DNA from: a virus
Strand: one strand, 5' to 3'
Virus record (IMG/VR): IMGVR_UViG_3300010354_000001
Coordinates: 32,001 to 96,000 of that record
Length of the DNA: 64,000 nucleotides
Notes under the pieces: model-generated
Seen by the model: only the letters and a program-made list of their open reading frames with translations
Database searches by the model: none
What the model was told of the DNA's origin: nothing
In this document: in pieces, positions 52,406-62,835 of the stretch
Layout: each line of letters starts with the position of its first letter
How positions within the stretch are numbered: position 1 is the first letter of the stretch
Made by a program: the position numbers and the translations under genes

Positions 52406-52798
52406 TTATTTAGTTTTTGGATGGAAAACTCCATCTTTGTCCTTATGCCCTACTACCTCATAATTTGAGTGAGATACAAACTCTTCTTGCGCAGAAAACC
52501 AATCATAAAATTTATCGTCGGTATCTAATATGATAGGCACTCCATCTGGGCCTGTGAAGTAATCATTATCCCATTCTTCATTATCTATCTGTCCGCAGTC
52601 ATAGAGCCACCAACCTAATTCTTCGCTTGCATTGTCTCCGAAGGTCTGGTCTATTAAAGTATCAGATATCTTGCTCGTACTATCGAACATATCGCAGTTA
52701 AGTAAGTCTATCCCTTGTGCATATAACACATCTCTTATCTTAGCTGCTTCTCTTGCGTGTTTAAGTACTAAATCAAATATTTGTCTTTTGTCTTTCAT
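52406..52798 (-). CDS. hypothetical protein
   Basis: ATG at 52798 just after the nrdB stop. Confidence 0.6.
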   Translation of the reverse strand: MKDKRQIFDLVLKHAREAAKIRDVLYAQGIDLLNCDMFDSTSKISDTLIDQTFGDNASEELGWWLYDCGQIDNEEWDNDYFTGPDGVPIILDTDDKFYDWFSAQEEFVSHSNYEVVGHKDKDGVFHPKTK

Positions 52799-52799
52799 G

Positions 52800-54770
52800 T
52801 TAGAAATCTCCCCAATCTGTGTCACCTTTACTGTATTCTGTTGCTCTCGCCTCGAAGAAGTTAGCATGTTCTTTGCCAGACATCATTAGATCCATCCAAT
52901 CTAAAGGATTATCCTTAATGCCAAAAATAGCTTTTAATCCTAAGTTTTTAAGTCTGTAGTCTGCGATATATCTTATGTAGTGCTTTAACTGTTCTGGGGT
53001 TAGCCCATCTACAGCCCCCATCTCGAAACAGGTGTCAATAAAATTATCTTCCAGTCTAACTATCTCTTCACAGGCATCATAAATTTCTTTTTTAAAGTCT
53101 GGATTTCTCAGTAGTTCATACTCTTTGACTAACTCTCTAAATAGGTACGAAACCCCATCAGAGTGGCAGTTCCCTACTATTGCGTGCTTAAGTCCTCTGC
53201 GTACAATTAAAGATCCTTCAGGCATAGTAAAACAGTACACTTTTCCTTTATAATGCTTTCTTTCTTGGTTTACAGCCTTCCACTTTCCTTCTTTAAGCTT
53301 TTTATTTATAGAGACTTTGTAGCTAGTATTGAATTTATCACTCCTATCGCCTGGACGTTCTTGCACAGTACACAAATACCCTGCTAATATAGCCACAGCT
53401 TGGACTTTGTCCCTAGATACTTCGCAAGTAGTTACATAATCTATGAATGAACCGTCCCCATACCTGTCATGCCCGTCCCAGTGCCCTATTTCTGATATTA
53501 TGTCTTTGGCTTTTGCTGAACTTAGAGTTTCTAGGTTTATCCAAGATAAAGACTTATCCCTAAATATTATAGGAATAATAAAGTGGTAGTTGGCGTACCC
53601 TTTCCTATCTAGACTAACTGTATATTTAATACCAGACTCAAGCAATAGCCTTTCTATCCTTTCTTTTTTGCGATCTTTTTTTATGTTTAAATTAACACTA
53701 GTTCCGCCTGTCCTTTCCCCTAAATTTTTTGGACGTAAGTCCAATGACCCATATGCCTGAACTGCTATTCTTAGCCTCTCTAGAGGAGTTAACAGACCTT
53801 CCCCACCTACCCCACGCCCAGCTAATGGGTATGTGTATCTATTAGAACTTTTAATCTTTGCTAAATCTTTAGCTTTAATCTTTTGCAGGCTGCTAAATTT
53901 GTACCCATCCAGTGAGTCTGAAGGATTGTACTTATAGTTAAATAGTAAATCATGATCTTCGGTGCAGGCTATGTTTAGCCTAGCTTTACCATCCTTCATG
54001 TAAATCAGCTCACCATCAAAATCTTTTTCTATATAATTTATAGGAGTGTCAAACGATATCCCTCTAGTCGTTAAGTCCATCTGTGCTACTTTTTCCCCAA
54101 AAGCGACATCCCTAAATAACTTCCAGCCGTTCTCAGTTAATACCTCGGTTTTATCGTCAAAACAGTTCTCGTCTTTCACGCTCCAGGTTACTATCTGCCC
54201 AACTCCCTTCATTAAGCCCCTTCTAGGAAAGTTCATTAATACTGCGAAAGATGCGAATAAGCTTACCCCTTCTATAAATCCGCCAAACACAGCTAAGTTT
54301 TTAGCTAGTTGCCTCGGAGTCGGTGCGATGTTAACTCTAGTACCGTCATCTAGAGAGTTTAGGTGCATCATATCAAATTTATCTCTCATAGCTGCGTAAT
54401 CTTTAAAAGCCTCATACTCGGAGTCTGGTAAGCCTAAAGTATCATTTAGTTGGCTATATGCCCATGTATGTAAGACTTCTGCGTTAGCAAAAGCTGTGAG
54501 CATCGCAGCTATTTCAGGCTTAGGAAAGTTCTTTATTAGAGAGGTATTGTAGTTATTCATTACCTCTTGATCTCCAATTGTAAAAAACCTAAGAATCTGA
54601 ATTATTAAATTTTTTTCTGGCTCGGTTAACTTCTTATTAAAGTCGTAAATATCATCCGTCATCGGCACTTCAGTAGGAAGCCAGTGGGCCTTCTGCTGGT
54701 TAGTCATGTACTCAAAACAAATCGGATACTCTAAAGGTTTAGGAACCTCTCTCTTAGTTAAAATGCTCAT
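52800..54770 (-). CDS. nrdB: class Ia ribonucleotide reductase beta subunit with intein
   Basis: HWLPTEV, EVLH..AY, EGVSLFASF, DEN|CH, NFFE.RATEY. Confidence 0.93.
   Translation of the reverse strand: MSILTKREVPKPLEYPICFEYMTNQQKAHWLPTEVPMTDDIYDFNKKLTEPEKNLIIQILRFFTIGDQEVMNNYNTSLIKNFPKPEIAAMLTAFANAEVLHTWAYSQLNDTLGLPDSEYEAFKDYAAMRDKFDMMHLNSLDDGTRVNIAPTPRQLAKNLAVFGGFIEGVSLFASFAVLMNFPRRGLMKGVGQIVTWSVKDENCFDDKTEVLTENGWKLFRDVAFGEKVAQMDLTTRGISFDTPINYIEKDFDGELIYMKDGKARLNIACTEDHDLLFNYKYNPSDSLDGYKFSSLQKIKAKDLAKIKSSNRYTYPLAGRGVGGEGLLTPLERLRIAVQAYGSLDLRPKNLGERTGGTSVNLNIKKDRKKERIERLLLESGIKYTVSLDRKGYANYHFIIPIIFRDKSLSWINLETLSSAKAKDIISEIGHWDGHDRYGDGSFIDYVTTCEVSRDKVQAVAILAGYLCTVQERPGDRSDKFNTSYKVSINKKLKEGKWKAVNQERKHYKGKVYCFTMPEGSLIVRRGLKHAIVGNCHSDGVSYLFRELVKEYELLRNPDFKKEIYDACEEIVRLEDNFIDTCFEMGAVDGLTPEQLKHYIRYIADYRLKNLGLKAIFGIKDNPLDWMDLMMSGKEHANFFEARATEYSKGDTDWGDF
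53169..54164 (-). mobile_element. intein in nrdB (degenerate LAGLIDADG-like core)
   Basis: CFDDKTEVLT.NGWK...TEDH...VYCFTMP..LIVRR..IVGN|C. Confidence 0.88.
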
Positions 54771-54773
54771 AAA

Positions 54774-55190
54774 TTATATCTTTTCCCTTTCTGTTTCAAG
54801 TATAGCACCTGCCTTGGCTATATTTCTTGGATATTCTCTACCTCGCATAAAAAATTTACTATCTGTTTTAGTAGGCTTGTAGTATTTCTCTATAGTAGCT
54901 GTTGCAAGCTCTATATCAAAATCTTTGCAGCTAAAAATATCTACTGTTATAAATCCATTTTGGTCTGGAAAAGTGTGTACTGCTATGTGACTTTCTGCGA
55001 TTAGCACTACTCCACTAACGCCCCACTCTTCTTCTACTTTGCCTTTATACTTAAAAACATAAGGAGGCATTATCTTTGTCATCCCTATCTCATCAGGCAA
55101 CTTATCCAGTATATCTGCGGTTATCTCTACTGATCTTGTAGCTTGCTCATCGCAGCCGTAGAGTTCTAATACTAAGTGTGGTCCAAACAT
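54774..55190 (-). CDS. speD: S-adenosylmethionine decarboxylase proenzyme
   Basis: GPHL, GVSGVVLIAE|SHIAVHTFP, DIFSC. Confidence 0.9.
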   Translation of the reverse strand: MFGPHLVLELYGCDEQATRSVEITADILDKLPDEIGMTKIMPPYVFKYKGKVEEEWGVSGVVLIAESHIAVHTFPDQNGFITVDIFSCKDFDIELATATIEKYYKPTKTDSKFFMRGREYPRNIAKAGAILETEREKI

Positions 55191-55323
55191 TTGTATAAAT
55201 ATTGTTACTTAACTTTTGTGTTTTAAATATTAAGATTTTTGGTAAAATTTTAAGGCACGGACATAAAAGGAATAAATGGAAAACAATGAAAACTGCCGTG
55301 CCTATACTCCTATTATAGCATAC

Positions 55324-55518
55324 CAAACTTATCCCATTAACATACGTTAAGAATGTAGTATAATATAACTAGGCATGATAACCAAGTGTCTATTACGAAA
55401 AATACGCCCAGGATGGGCGTAGGTGGAGAGTTAATAAGACTACTTACTCATACGAGAGCAAAAGCAGACTCTGTGAAGCCGATAATCTCCCTTAACGTAT
55501 GTTAATGGGATAAGTCCG
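55324..55518 (+). mobile_element. MITE derivative of the tnpB element retaining promoter and omega-RNA-like scaffold
   Basis: 24-bp perfect TIR core (55327-55350 / 55492-55515); 8-bp direct repeat TAGCATAC at 55316-55323 and 55519-55526. Confidence 0.88.
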
Positions 55519-55824
55519 TAGCATACTACCGAAAGATCTACTACCATAATAAAAAGGTGAATAATGAACTTGATAATCTGTCTTTGGGTCTTGCATTAAC
55601 TCCACATGACATAAAGAACCAAGACAGGGATAATAATCTCGTGGAAAATACGTTATTATGTTATTTTCTAGATCCTCTCTATCTAAGATAAACCATTGCA
55701 CTTCACATTTGTCATCATAATTATAGTAAACCGCATAGTCAGTAGTCTCTACGGACTTACATGATGCATAACCTAACTCTTCCAATACACTCTTACAATG
55801 CTCGAACTTATCTATTGGATTCAT
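55492..55824 (-). CDS. hypothetical protein, C-terminus extended by the MITE
   Basis: Ends RTYPINIR in the TIR. Confidence 0.6.
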   Translation of the reverse strand: MNPIDKFEHCKSVLEELGYASCKSVETTDYAVYYNYDDKCEVQWFILDREDLENNIITYFPRDYYPCLGSLCHVELMQDPKTDYQVHYSPFYYGSRSFGSMLRTYPINIR

Positions 55825-56338
55825 TGATTAACTGCTCATGTATTGGCTTTGAGAAGTCTAATTTCTTAGTCTTCCCTTTCTTGTATTCAGAGATTCCCCT
55901 TTCTATAACAGACTCTAAGTCATCCCCAAATAATATCTCTGCTATCTTTGGTTTAAAGTAATCTTTACCTTTACCGACTTTCCCATCTTCCCTAAACACA
56001 GGTTTACCGTCTTCTAGCTTAGATAGATTAGAGTCTTTAACTTCCTCGAAACATCTTTCTAGTATCTCTACAGCTTTATCTCCATAGCCAGCATCTTCTA
56101 ATACTTGCAGACCTATATTAAAAGCTACAAAGGCTACATCACATACACCATCTATGGTCTCTACTAAACATTCTTTGTTGTAGGCAGTGTCTACCACAGA
56201 CCAAAGATAAGAATTAAGCCCTTGGCTCAGTTCTCCTACTTCCTCATCTAAATACCTTAGATGATCTTGTGCTGATTTTAAAGGATCTGGATTACCTACT
56301 CTTACTATCTTATCTATAAACTGTTTAATTTTTTTCAT
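55808..56338 (-). CDS. MazG-like/PRA-PH nucleotide pyrophosphohydrolase
   Basis: EEVGEL, DGVCD, SNLSK..DGKPVFREDGKV.K. Confidence 0.82.
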   Translation of the reverse strand: MKKIKQFIDKIVRVGNPDPLKSAQDHLRYLDEEVGELSQGLNSYLWSVVDTAYNKECLVETIDGVCDVAFVAFNIGLQVLEDAGYGDKAVEILERCFEEVKDSNLSKLEDGKPVFREDGKVGKGKDYFKPKIAEILFGDDLESVIERGISEYKKGKTKKLDFSKPIHEQLINESNR

Positions 56339-56346
56339 GTAATCGC

Positions 56347-57886
56347 CTATCCTCTCATGTCTTTAATCTCATAATCCTTAGAGTTCCAACCACGCTCTCT
56401 TTGTCGGTTAGCATAATCGTGAAGATAATCATAAATATATATGTCTTCTGTAATGTCTCCTGTTGTTACATCTATAACTAGACACCCTGCGTACACATCT
56501 GATATAACAAAGCAGTTATCTCTTCTATGTACGAACTGGCACAAATGATTCTTTAGGTAATTTAAACCGCCCCAAATCTTAGGTCTTTTACCCCAGCTAA
56601 AATTGCTACCAGTTCTACCTCTAGAGAATAGTCCAGTCTTTGGATTGAGTATTGCGTAGCCTTTTAGTGTTATTGGAAATTGCATTGCTAATCATCCATC
56701 TTTTCTATGAGTTGAGCTATAAATAAAAACACTCCACCGCATACTAACATCACTAATCCTATAAACGCTGTAACCAAGAAGATTACTAAACCTATAGCTA
56801 ATTTAAGAAGTGCAATTCCTATAGCTATTCCTATTAAAAGTAATATTATATCTGCCCATAAAGGAAATATAGTTAGACTGTCTATTAAAGTTATTAAGTT
56901 ATCCACTATTTCTTACCTTTCTTCTCTACACTTGCCCTAGCTTCTTGAGGAGTGAAGTTAGTGCCATAAATAGCATTTATGTGCTCCAGCACTCTCTCTA
57001 GAGGCTGTTTAACACTATTCATCATGCAGTATTGCCCTATGATATGCATTAATGCTTTGTTTTGATTGTTCTCTATGGTCTGCATTGGCATTACTGTCGC
57101 TATAGTATCTAGTACATGCTGATAGTCAGCAGGACTTAATCTGAAACTTAGATCTACGTGAGTTTTGTTTTTAGTCTTAACCTCTTCCTCTTCTTCCTCT
57201 ACGAACTCTTCAGGAGTCATATACTTGGCCACAAAAGCTCTAATCTCCCTAACTGAATGAGTAGCTATGTAGTCTAGTATCTCATCCTTATTATCATTTC
57301 TTATGATGTCGGCTACAAGCACACACTTCATGTAAGATTTAACCCTAAGCATATCTTTTCTAGTTACGCCTGCTGCTGAGAACTTTCTATAGATCGTTAT
57401 GTAGTGATAAGCTTTCTTGTGTTCTAACTCCCCCATAATATCTATGATATATGCTTTAAAGGCATTAGCTCCAGTACCCACATACTTGCCTTCATATCTG
57501 GAGTTTTCGTAAAGTTTGTTTTCTTGAACTAAGGATAACATACCCCCCACGTCAAAGTAAGTCTGGTAAAGAGTCTCTATTTGATTTTCTAAACTATCTA
57601 ATAAATCATCCTCTGAAATAGAATCTAGCTCTTGATCTAAGAACTTATCTACTTCTTTAGGTAGTATAGAATCTTCGGTTGTGGGTTGTGTGATTACGAA
57701 CTGCCCAGTAGTTTCTACTTCTTCAAAAAGAACCCATCCTGGTTCTCCATCATCATTCCTTACTTCTATTTGATCTTCTGCGATAGAGACAACTGTCAAG
57801 ATATCCCCTTTAGTATAGATCATATCTTTCTCTTCTACGCCTTCTGCGTATCCTTTGAATTTTAGTATTTCGCCTTTAGCTACCAT
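56347..57886 (-). CDS. three hypothetical ORFs (56347-56685, 56688-56906 membrane, 56906-57886)
   Basis: ORF track. Confidence 0.6.
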
Positions 57887-58253
57887 GTTTCTTTCTCCCT
57901 GAAATCAATTCTAATAAGTATTTTGCATCTATTACAGCTAGTGGTTGCCTTCTATTCTTCTTCATTATTAATAGAGGCTCCATTGGGCTAGATGTCTTTT
58001 TATTTACCTTTGTACAGTTTACTACTGCTTGCTCAAAGGCTGCCCAAACATTTAACTTCTCTACATTTTTGCACTCAAATGAGAAAGGTATTAGCTTTCT
58101 AGCAGCAGGAGAGAGTTTTATGTCCTCCCCTGACTCCCCCATTATAGCACAGGTAACATCGTCTGGTTCTAGGGAAGGGAATATCTCCCTTAGGGTATCC
58201 CTAACCCAGTCCTGTAAGGCTCTGCCTTTTGCTTTTCGTGAACTTGGAGTCAT
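57876..58253 (-). CDS. Holliday junction resolvase-like PD-(D/E)XK nuclease
   Basis: SRKAKGR..Q, GEDI, FECKN. Confidence 0.75.
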   Translation of the reverse strand: MTPSSRKAKGRALQDWVRDTLREIFPSLEPDDVTCAIMGESGEDIKLSPAARKLIPFSFECKNVEKLNVWAAFEQAVVNCTKVNKKTSSPMEPLLIMKKNRRQPLAVIDAKYLLELISGRKKHGS

Positions 58254-59155
58254 ACTGAAAAACACCTCGCCACATAAGGGCATGTCTTAGCTTTAGAGCA
58301 AGAATCTGTTAAGCAGTGAGTTCTTGGCGGAATAGTCTTTGCTTGTATAGACTCTATAGCTAATTTTGACTCTTCTAGTAAACCTCTAACCTCTGTCTCA
58401 TAGTCTAGCATAGGTGTTACAAATTCACGATACATGGAATCGTAATTATATTGCTTTTCTTTATCGTGCTTTGATCTCCAGTCTTTACAGACATACACTA
58501 TCTGCCCATACTGGTTTATGTCTAATTTGTTTTCTTTAATAAAAGGTAAAGTTCCTAGCCTATAAACATAAGGTAAAACTTGTTCTTTATGTTCTTTTAG
58601 TGCGTGGATTTTATTAGGAGCTTTCAGAAAATGTAACTCCCAGTTTTTAGAGGATATGGATTTAATCTCTACTACTGTAAGCTTTCCATTCTTATCTAGG
58701 AATACCCAGTCTGGATGTCCTTTGATTTTATTTTCTTTATCCCATAGGTCTATCTCTCGGAAATTAACTAGCTTGTCAGACTCTTCCCCAAACCTTAACT
58801 CTAAAGTCTCCATTATGTTCAAATCTTTATTAAATACTTCATAGGTATGCTTGCCATACAAAACTCTATTCCACATACCTAGAACTTTGGTTATAGACAT
58901 TTGCGTTAATAACTGCTCTCTCACATGCTCTTCTATAGCTCTGCCCATTTTAAAAGTAACTCTAGTGTTAGAGGCTACGTACTGAGCTGATCTGATTTTA
59001 TTTTTATGCTGGTTAGTAAAATAGTATTCTCTTGCACATAACTTAGATAGTGCAGAAACATTAACAAACTCTGGGTTTGCTCTAGACTGAGATAATGCAA
59101 TCTCTTTGTCTGCGTTTTTTAAGATGTCTACTATGCTTGTGAGTGGCTTATCCAT
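58250..59155 (-). CDS. Cas4-like PD-(D/E)XK exonuclease
   Basis: N-terminal Cys, GHPD, VEIKS, Q...Y, C-terminal Cys cluster CPY..RC. Confidence 0.75.
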   Translation of the reverse strand: MDKPLTSIVDILKNADKEIALSQSRANPEFVNVSALSKLCAREYYFTNQHKNKIRSAQYVASNTRVTFKMGRAIEEHVREQLLTQMSITKVLGMWNRVLYGKHTYEVFNKDLNIMETLELRFGEESDKLVNFREIDLWDKENKIKGHPDWVFLDKNGKLTVVEIKSISSKNWELHFLKAPNKIHALKEHKEQVLPYVYRLGTLPFIKENKLDINQYGQIVYVCKDWRSKHDKEKQYNYDSMYREFVTPMLDYETEVRGLLEESKLAIESIQAKTIPPRTHCLTDSCSKAKTCPYVARCFSV

Positions 59156-59637
59156 GGTAATACTTCAGACAAAAATATACTTTCCTCGAAAAAGAAAAAT
59201 ATACGTCCGTTCATATTAAATAATAGCACATCTGGAAAATTTTTATTAATTAATATAGACTTTTTATTTGCAGTTATTAGGGGTGTGTTAAGTTGGAATT
59301 TAGTGATTACTTCTTCAGGTAAAGTAAACATCTCTAAAACATAAACTTTCCTTATACTTTCCCCTAGAAAATCTATCTGCATACAAGGCAGCTCTGCACA
59401 CGTTAAAGCTTGCTCTTTTATCTTATCTATTACTTTATGTGTTAGGACATACTCGGGCTTCTCTGTAGCTTTGCACTCTATCCTAAGTAAGCCTTTGAGC
59501 CTTATGTCGCCCTTGATCTCCTTAGCTCCTGAAGCTGGGGTGTTCTTGCCCCCTACTAGATTAGCTACTCTGCGTTCTTGCTTTGGAGAGTAGTTCGCTG
59601 CCTTATGTTTCCTGTTCTGTCCCTTTGGATACTTCAC
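59131..59637 (-). CDS. resolvase-like PD-(D/E)XK nuclease
   Basis: QERRVA, TPASGA, KGD, IECK. Confidence 0.7.
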   Translation of the reverse strand: MKYPKGQNRKHKAANYSPKQERRVANLVGGKNTPASGAKEIKGDIRLKGLLRIECKATEKPEYVLTHKVIDKIKEQALTCAELPCMQIDFLGESIRKVYVLEMFTLPEEVITKFQLNTPLITANKKSILINKNFPDVLLFNMNGRIFFFFEESIFLSEVLPWISHSQA

Positions 59638-60850
59638 TCTGTCTCAACCCCCCTAGTAGATCAACTCCCACATACTCTAGCATGAAGTCTGGCTCTGCTT
59701 CATTATATGCAGACTTACCTATTCTTTCTCTATGTTTAGAGATTATTAGTGCTTTAAGTCTGGCGTACACATCTTGATTATTAAAGAGATATTTTTCTAT
59801 CTCATCCATAGTCTTAAATGTGACATCATCTATGCCTATACCTAGAAGCTTTTGCTTATTAGCTCCGCCAGAATGTATCCCAGCTTCCTTAGCTCTTCCA
59901 ATAACACCTCTGAAATCATTTACCGTACCTCTAGTAAAAGGATCTTGATTACTCACATACATAGACCATTCTATGCGTGACGGTTCCCCAAGTCCTAGTT
60001 TATTCTTTTCAAACCCTACACTAAAGTTCTTTAACTCTACAGCTTCGAGTCCTTCCCCACGTTCTCTTTTTAGTTTCCCTGTCTTTAAAACTAAATAAGA
60101 AAAATCTAATATTTTTTCTCCTCCAGCGATTCTATATGGATCACCTTTGAAACCTTTATCGAAATTAGCCCTTAAGTGATTAATCATTAATAATGTAGGC
60201 TTGTCTAGTCCTTTCTCATTTAATCCCCTAATTACAGCTTCATACTGTTGGCAGAAGGTAGTCATTACTTTTGCTGTAGAAGCTATAGTCCTGTCTTCTA
60301 CACTCTTATCTAAAAGAGCTGCATCTGTCATTGCTGTTACTGAATCTATAATAATTAAAGATATTCTACCTGGAAATTCTTTTGCGTAGTCTACGATCAA
60401 ATCCCCAGCCTGCTGCCCTGTCTCAGGCATTAGCACGACAAATGCGTTAGGATCCATATTAATGCCGTGTTCTATAGCCTGATCTGGTATTAGATGACCC
60501 TCCATGTCAAAATAAATTATTATTTTATCTGGATACTTTTTTTGAGCTTCTGCTGCTAGTTTTTGGCATAGGGTAGATTTCCCAGATTCCCTTAAGCCTA
60601 CTAACATAGTAGGAACATGCTCTGGTATTCCCCCACCTGTGTAATAGTCAAGCTCAAACACTCCTGTAGGTATTCTCTTTCTTTCCATTACTAAGTCTCT
60701 GTTACTTAAGTCTTTTTTGTAACCGCAACGCTTATTATAGGTTGCGTTCATCGCAGCTAACATATCTGCATTTTTATGTACTTTTACGTTGAGTACATCT
60801 ATAGATTTTTCAGGTTCTTTCTTGGTCATACACCTTTTATTATAACACAA
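59603..60850 (-). CDS. recA: RecA-like recombinase
   Basis: IPTG..ELD..GGGIP, Walker A GLRESGKST, IIIDSV, INH.R, AGG. Confidence 0.85.
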   Translation of the reverse strand: MCYNKRCMTKKEPEKSIDVLNVKVHKNADMLAAMNATYNKRCGYKKDLSNRDLVMERKRIPTGVFELDYYTGGGIPEHVPTMLVGLRESGKSTLCQKLAAEAQKKYPDKIIIYFDMEGHLIPDQAIEHGINMDPNAFVVLMPETGQQAGDLIVDYAKEFPGRISLIIIDSVTAMTDAALLDKSVEDRTIASTAKVMTTFCQQYEAVIRGLNEKGLDKPTLLMINHLRANFDKGFKGDPYRIAGGEKILDFSYLVLKTGKLKRERGEGLEAVELKNFSVGFEKNKLGLGEPSRIEWSMYVSNQDPFTRGTVNDFRGVIGRAKEAGIHSGGANKQKLLGIGIDDVTFKTMDEIEKYLFNNQDVYARLKALIISKHRERIGKSAYNEAEPDFMLEYVGVDLLGGLRQSEVSKGTEQET

Positions 60851-60931
60851 ATGTATTAGCTATTTACAAGTTGTGAAATTGCTAAAAATAAATGGTAAGT
60901 ACCCCTTAGAGTATAGTATAATAAATCTCTA

Positions 60932-61057
60932 TATGGGATATACGATTCAAGATTTCAATAAAGAATTTCCAGATAACGATTCTTGTTTACAGTATTTGTT
61001 TAATCGAGGAAGTCTGAGAGTCCTTTGTTTTTGGGATTGGTTGAGAAGCTTTTTTAA
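60932..61057 (+). pseudogene. internally deleted IS1595-family transposase
   Basis: MGYTIQDFNKEFPDNDSCLQYLFNR joined out of frame to RKSESPLFLGLVEKLF*, resembling IS1595 Tnp N- and C-termini. Confidence 0.65.
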
Positions 61058-61103
61058 GTAGTTGGTGAAAAGTTGGCATGTAGGACATTGTATAATATAG
61101 TTA

Positions 61104-62171
61104 GTGCCTATGAGCTTTATAAACTATATACATAACGGGGATACTTTAGAGCATCTAAAATCTTTGCCTAATGAGTGCGTTGATCTTGTAGTGTCCTCTC
61201 CTCCATATAATATTGGTAAGGAATACGAGAGCAGAGTAGCTTTAGGTAAATACTTAGCCCAACAAGAAGAGGTTCTAAAAGAGTGCGTGCGAGTATTAAA
61301 GAGTTCTGGATCTATTTTTTGGCAAATAGGGGCTTTCGTTGATAATGGTGCTTTTTATCCTTTAGATGTAAAGTTTTTTAATATACTAGAATCACTAGAC
61401 TTAAACCCTGTAAACAGAATAATATGGGCTAAGCAGCACGGGCTTCATGCGAGAAATAAATTTTCTTGCAGGCATGAAACTATACTCTGGTTTTCAAAAA
61501 CTAAAGAGTATAGATTCTACTTAGATAACATAAGAGTGCCCCAGAAATATCAAAACAAAAAACATTTTAGAGGGGATAATAAAGGTACATTATCCTGTAA
61601 CCCAGAAGGAAAAAACCCTGGAGATATATGGGTATTCAGGAATGTAAAACACAATCACGAAGAGCAGACTATACACCCTTGTCAGTTTCCAGAAGATATG
61701 ATTACACGCATAATACTCTCTACCACTGAGCCTAATGATTTAGTCTTAGACCCTTACATGGGGACTGCCACCACTGCTGTAGTAGCTAAAGACCTTGGGC
61801 GTTTATACACTGGTGCGGAGTTAAATGCTGACTATTTCGAGGTGTCTTTAAGAAGATTATCTGGACTTCCTGATAAAGATGGACGGTTCGCTAATCTTAA
61901 ATGCCTACGAAAACATGTAACTGAGACTGGCGAAGACGTAACAAAATACTCATTTGATCAACAAACCACAAAAACCCCCTCTATGTCCTCTAAAATATTT
62001 GGTGAAGAGTACCATCTAGAAGAATTATACGAGAGGTTATCTTATGAAAATGACTGTTTTGTTAATAAGCTAAACGGGATGCCCCCTCCTGAGAACCTTA
62101 GATACGACAAGCTGAAACCTAGACCTGAAGATATTTATGAAAGACCCTTATTTAAAAAGCTTTCTCGATAG
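61104..62171 (+). CDS. N4/N6 DNA methyltransferase (beta class), BglII-like system
   Basis: SSPPY, HPCQFPE, LDPYMGT. Confidence 0.88.
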   Translation: MPMSFINYIHNGDTLEHLKSLPNECVDLVVSSPPYNIGKEYESRVALGKYLAQQEEVLKECVRVLKSSGSIFWQIGAFVDNGAFYPLDVKFFNILESLDLNPVNRIIWAKQHGLHARNKFSCRHETILWFSKTKEYRFYLDNIRVPQKYQNKKHFRGDNKGTLSCNPEGKNPGDIWVFRNVKHNHEEQTIHPCQFPEDMITRIILSTTEPNDLVLDPYMGTATTAVVAKDLGRLYTGAELNADYFEVSLRRLSGLPDKDGRFANLKCLRKHVTETGEDVTKYSFDQQTTKTPSMSSKIFGEEYHLEELYERLSYENDCFVNKLNGMPPPENLRYDKLKPRPEDIYERPLFKKLSR

Positions 62172-62835
62172 TAACCTTCCCGATACTGTCCTCATTGCGG
62201 CAATCCATCACATACTTACTTAAAGACCTACTGCTTACATCCCTAGAGTAGCGCTCAGATTTATAATCAGTCCAATAGCACGGAATTTCAACCCCTACCG
62301 CACTGTCTATCCCAATAAGAGCGATAGGGCACTCAAATACGCTGTATTGGCTTAAGAAATTTACTTGCCTACACGCTTGCTCATAGTACAAGGTGCTATT
62401 TGATGATGGGAACTTTTTCGCTTTGGTTATTATGCAGACTGCCATGACTTTATGCCCACAAAATAAGGTTTTCGACTTGAAGAATAGCTCCGATCTTACT
62501 AGATTATTCAATAGGAAGGGGTAATTAGAGAATTGAACCTCTACAAGCAGCCCATTTTTAAAAAAATCTACATCTTTCCCTAGAAAATTATACTGCTCTG
62601 GGATTTTAGTATTACAAGACCAGCCTTTAGCTTGTAAATACTCTTTGATTGCAGCGTTGGTTCCTACTGTATCAAATATAGGCGAACCAACCTTGCCCCT
62701 CTGGTCGGATGCTTTAAAGTAAATGCTTAATTCTTGTGTGCAAGAGTAAACCTCTAACCAAGCCGCATTTAACTCGCCGATACTTTCTATTACGTACATG
62801 TAATCGTTATAGCTAGAAATAGATAGTATAGGCAC
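62152..62835 (-). CDS. type II restriction endonuclease, BglII/BstYI family
   Basis: DVDFFK..LLVEVQFSNYPFLLNN.VRSELF, PSSNSTLYYEQA. Confidence 0.8.
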   Translation of the reverse strand: MPILSISSYNDYMYVIESIGELNAAWLEVYSCTQELSIYFKASDQRGKVGSPIFDTVGTNAAIKEYLQAKGWSCNTKIPEQYNFLGKDVDFFKNGLLVEVQFSNYPFLLNNLVRSELFFKSKTLFCGHKVMAVCIITKAKKFPSSNSTLYYEQACRQVNFLSQYSVFECPIALIGIDSAVGVEIPCYWTDYKSERYSRDVSSRSLSKYVMDCRNEDSIGKVTIEKAF

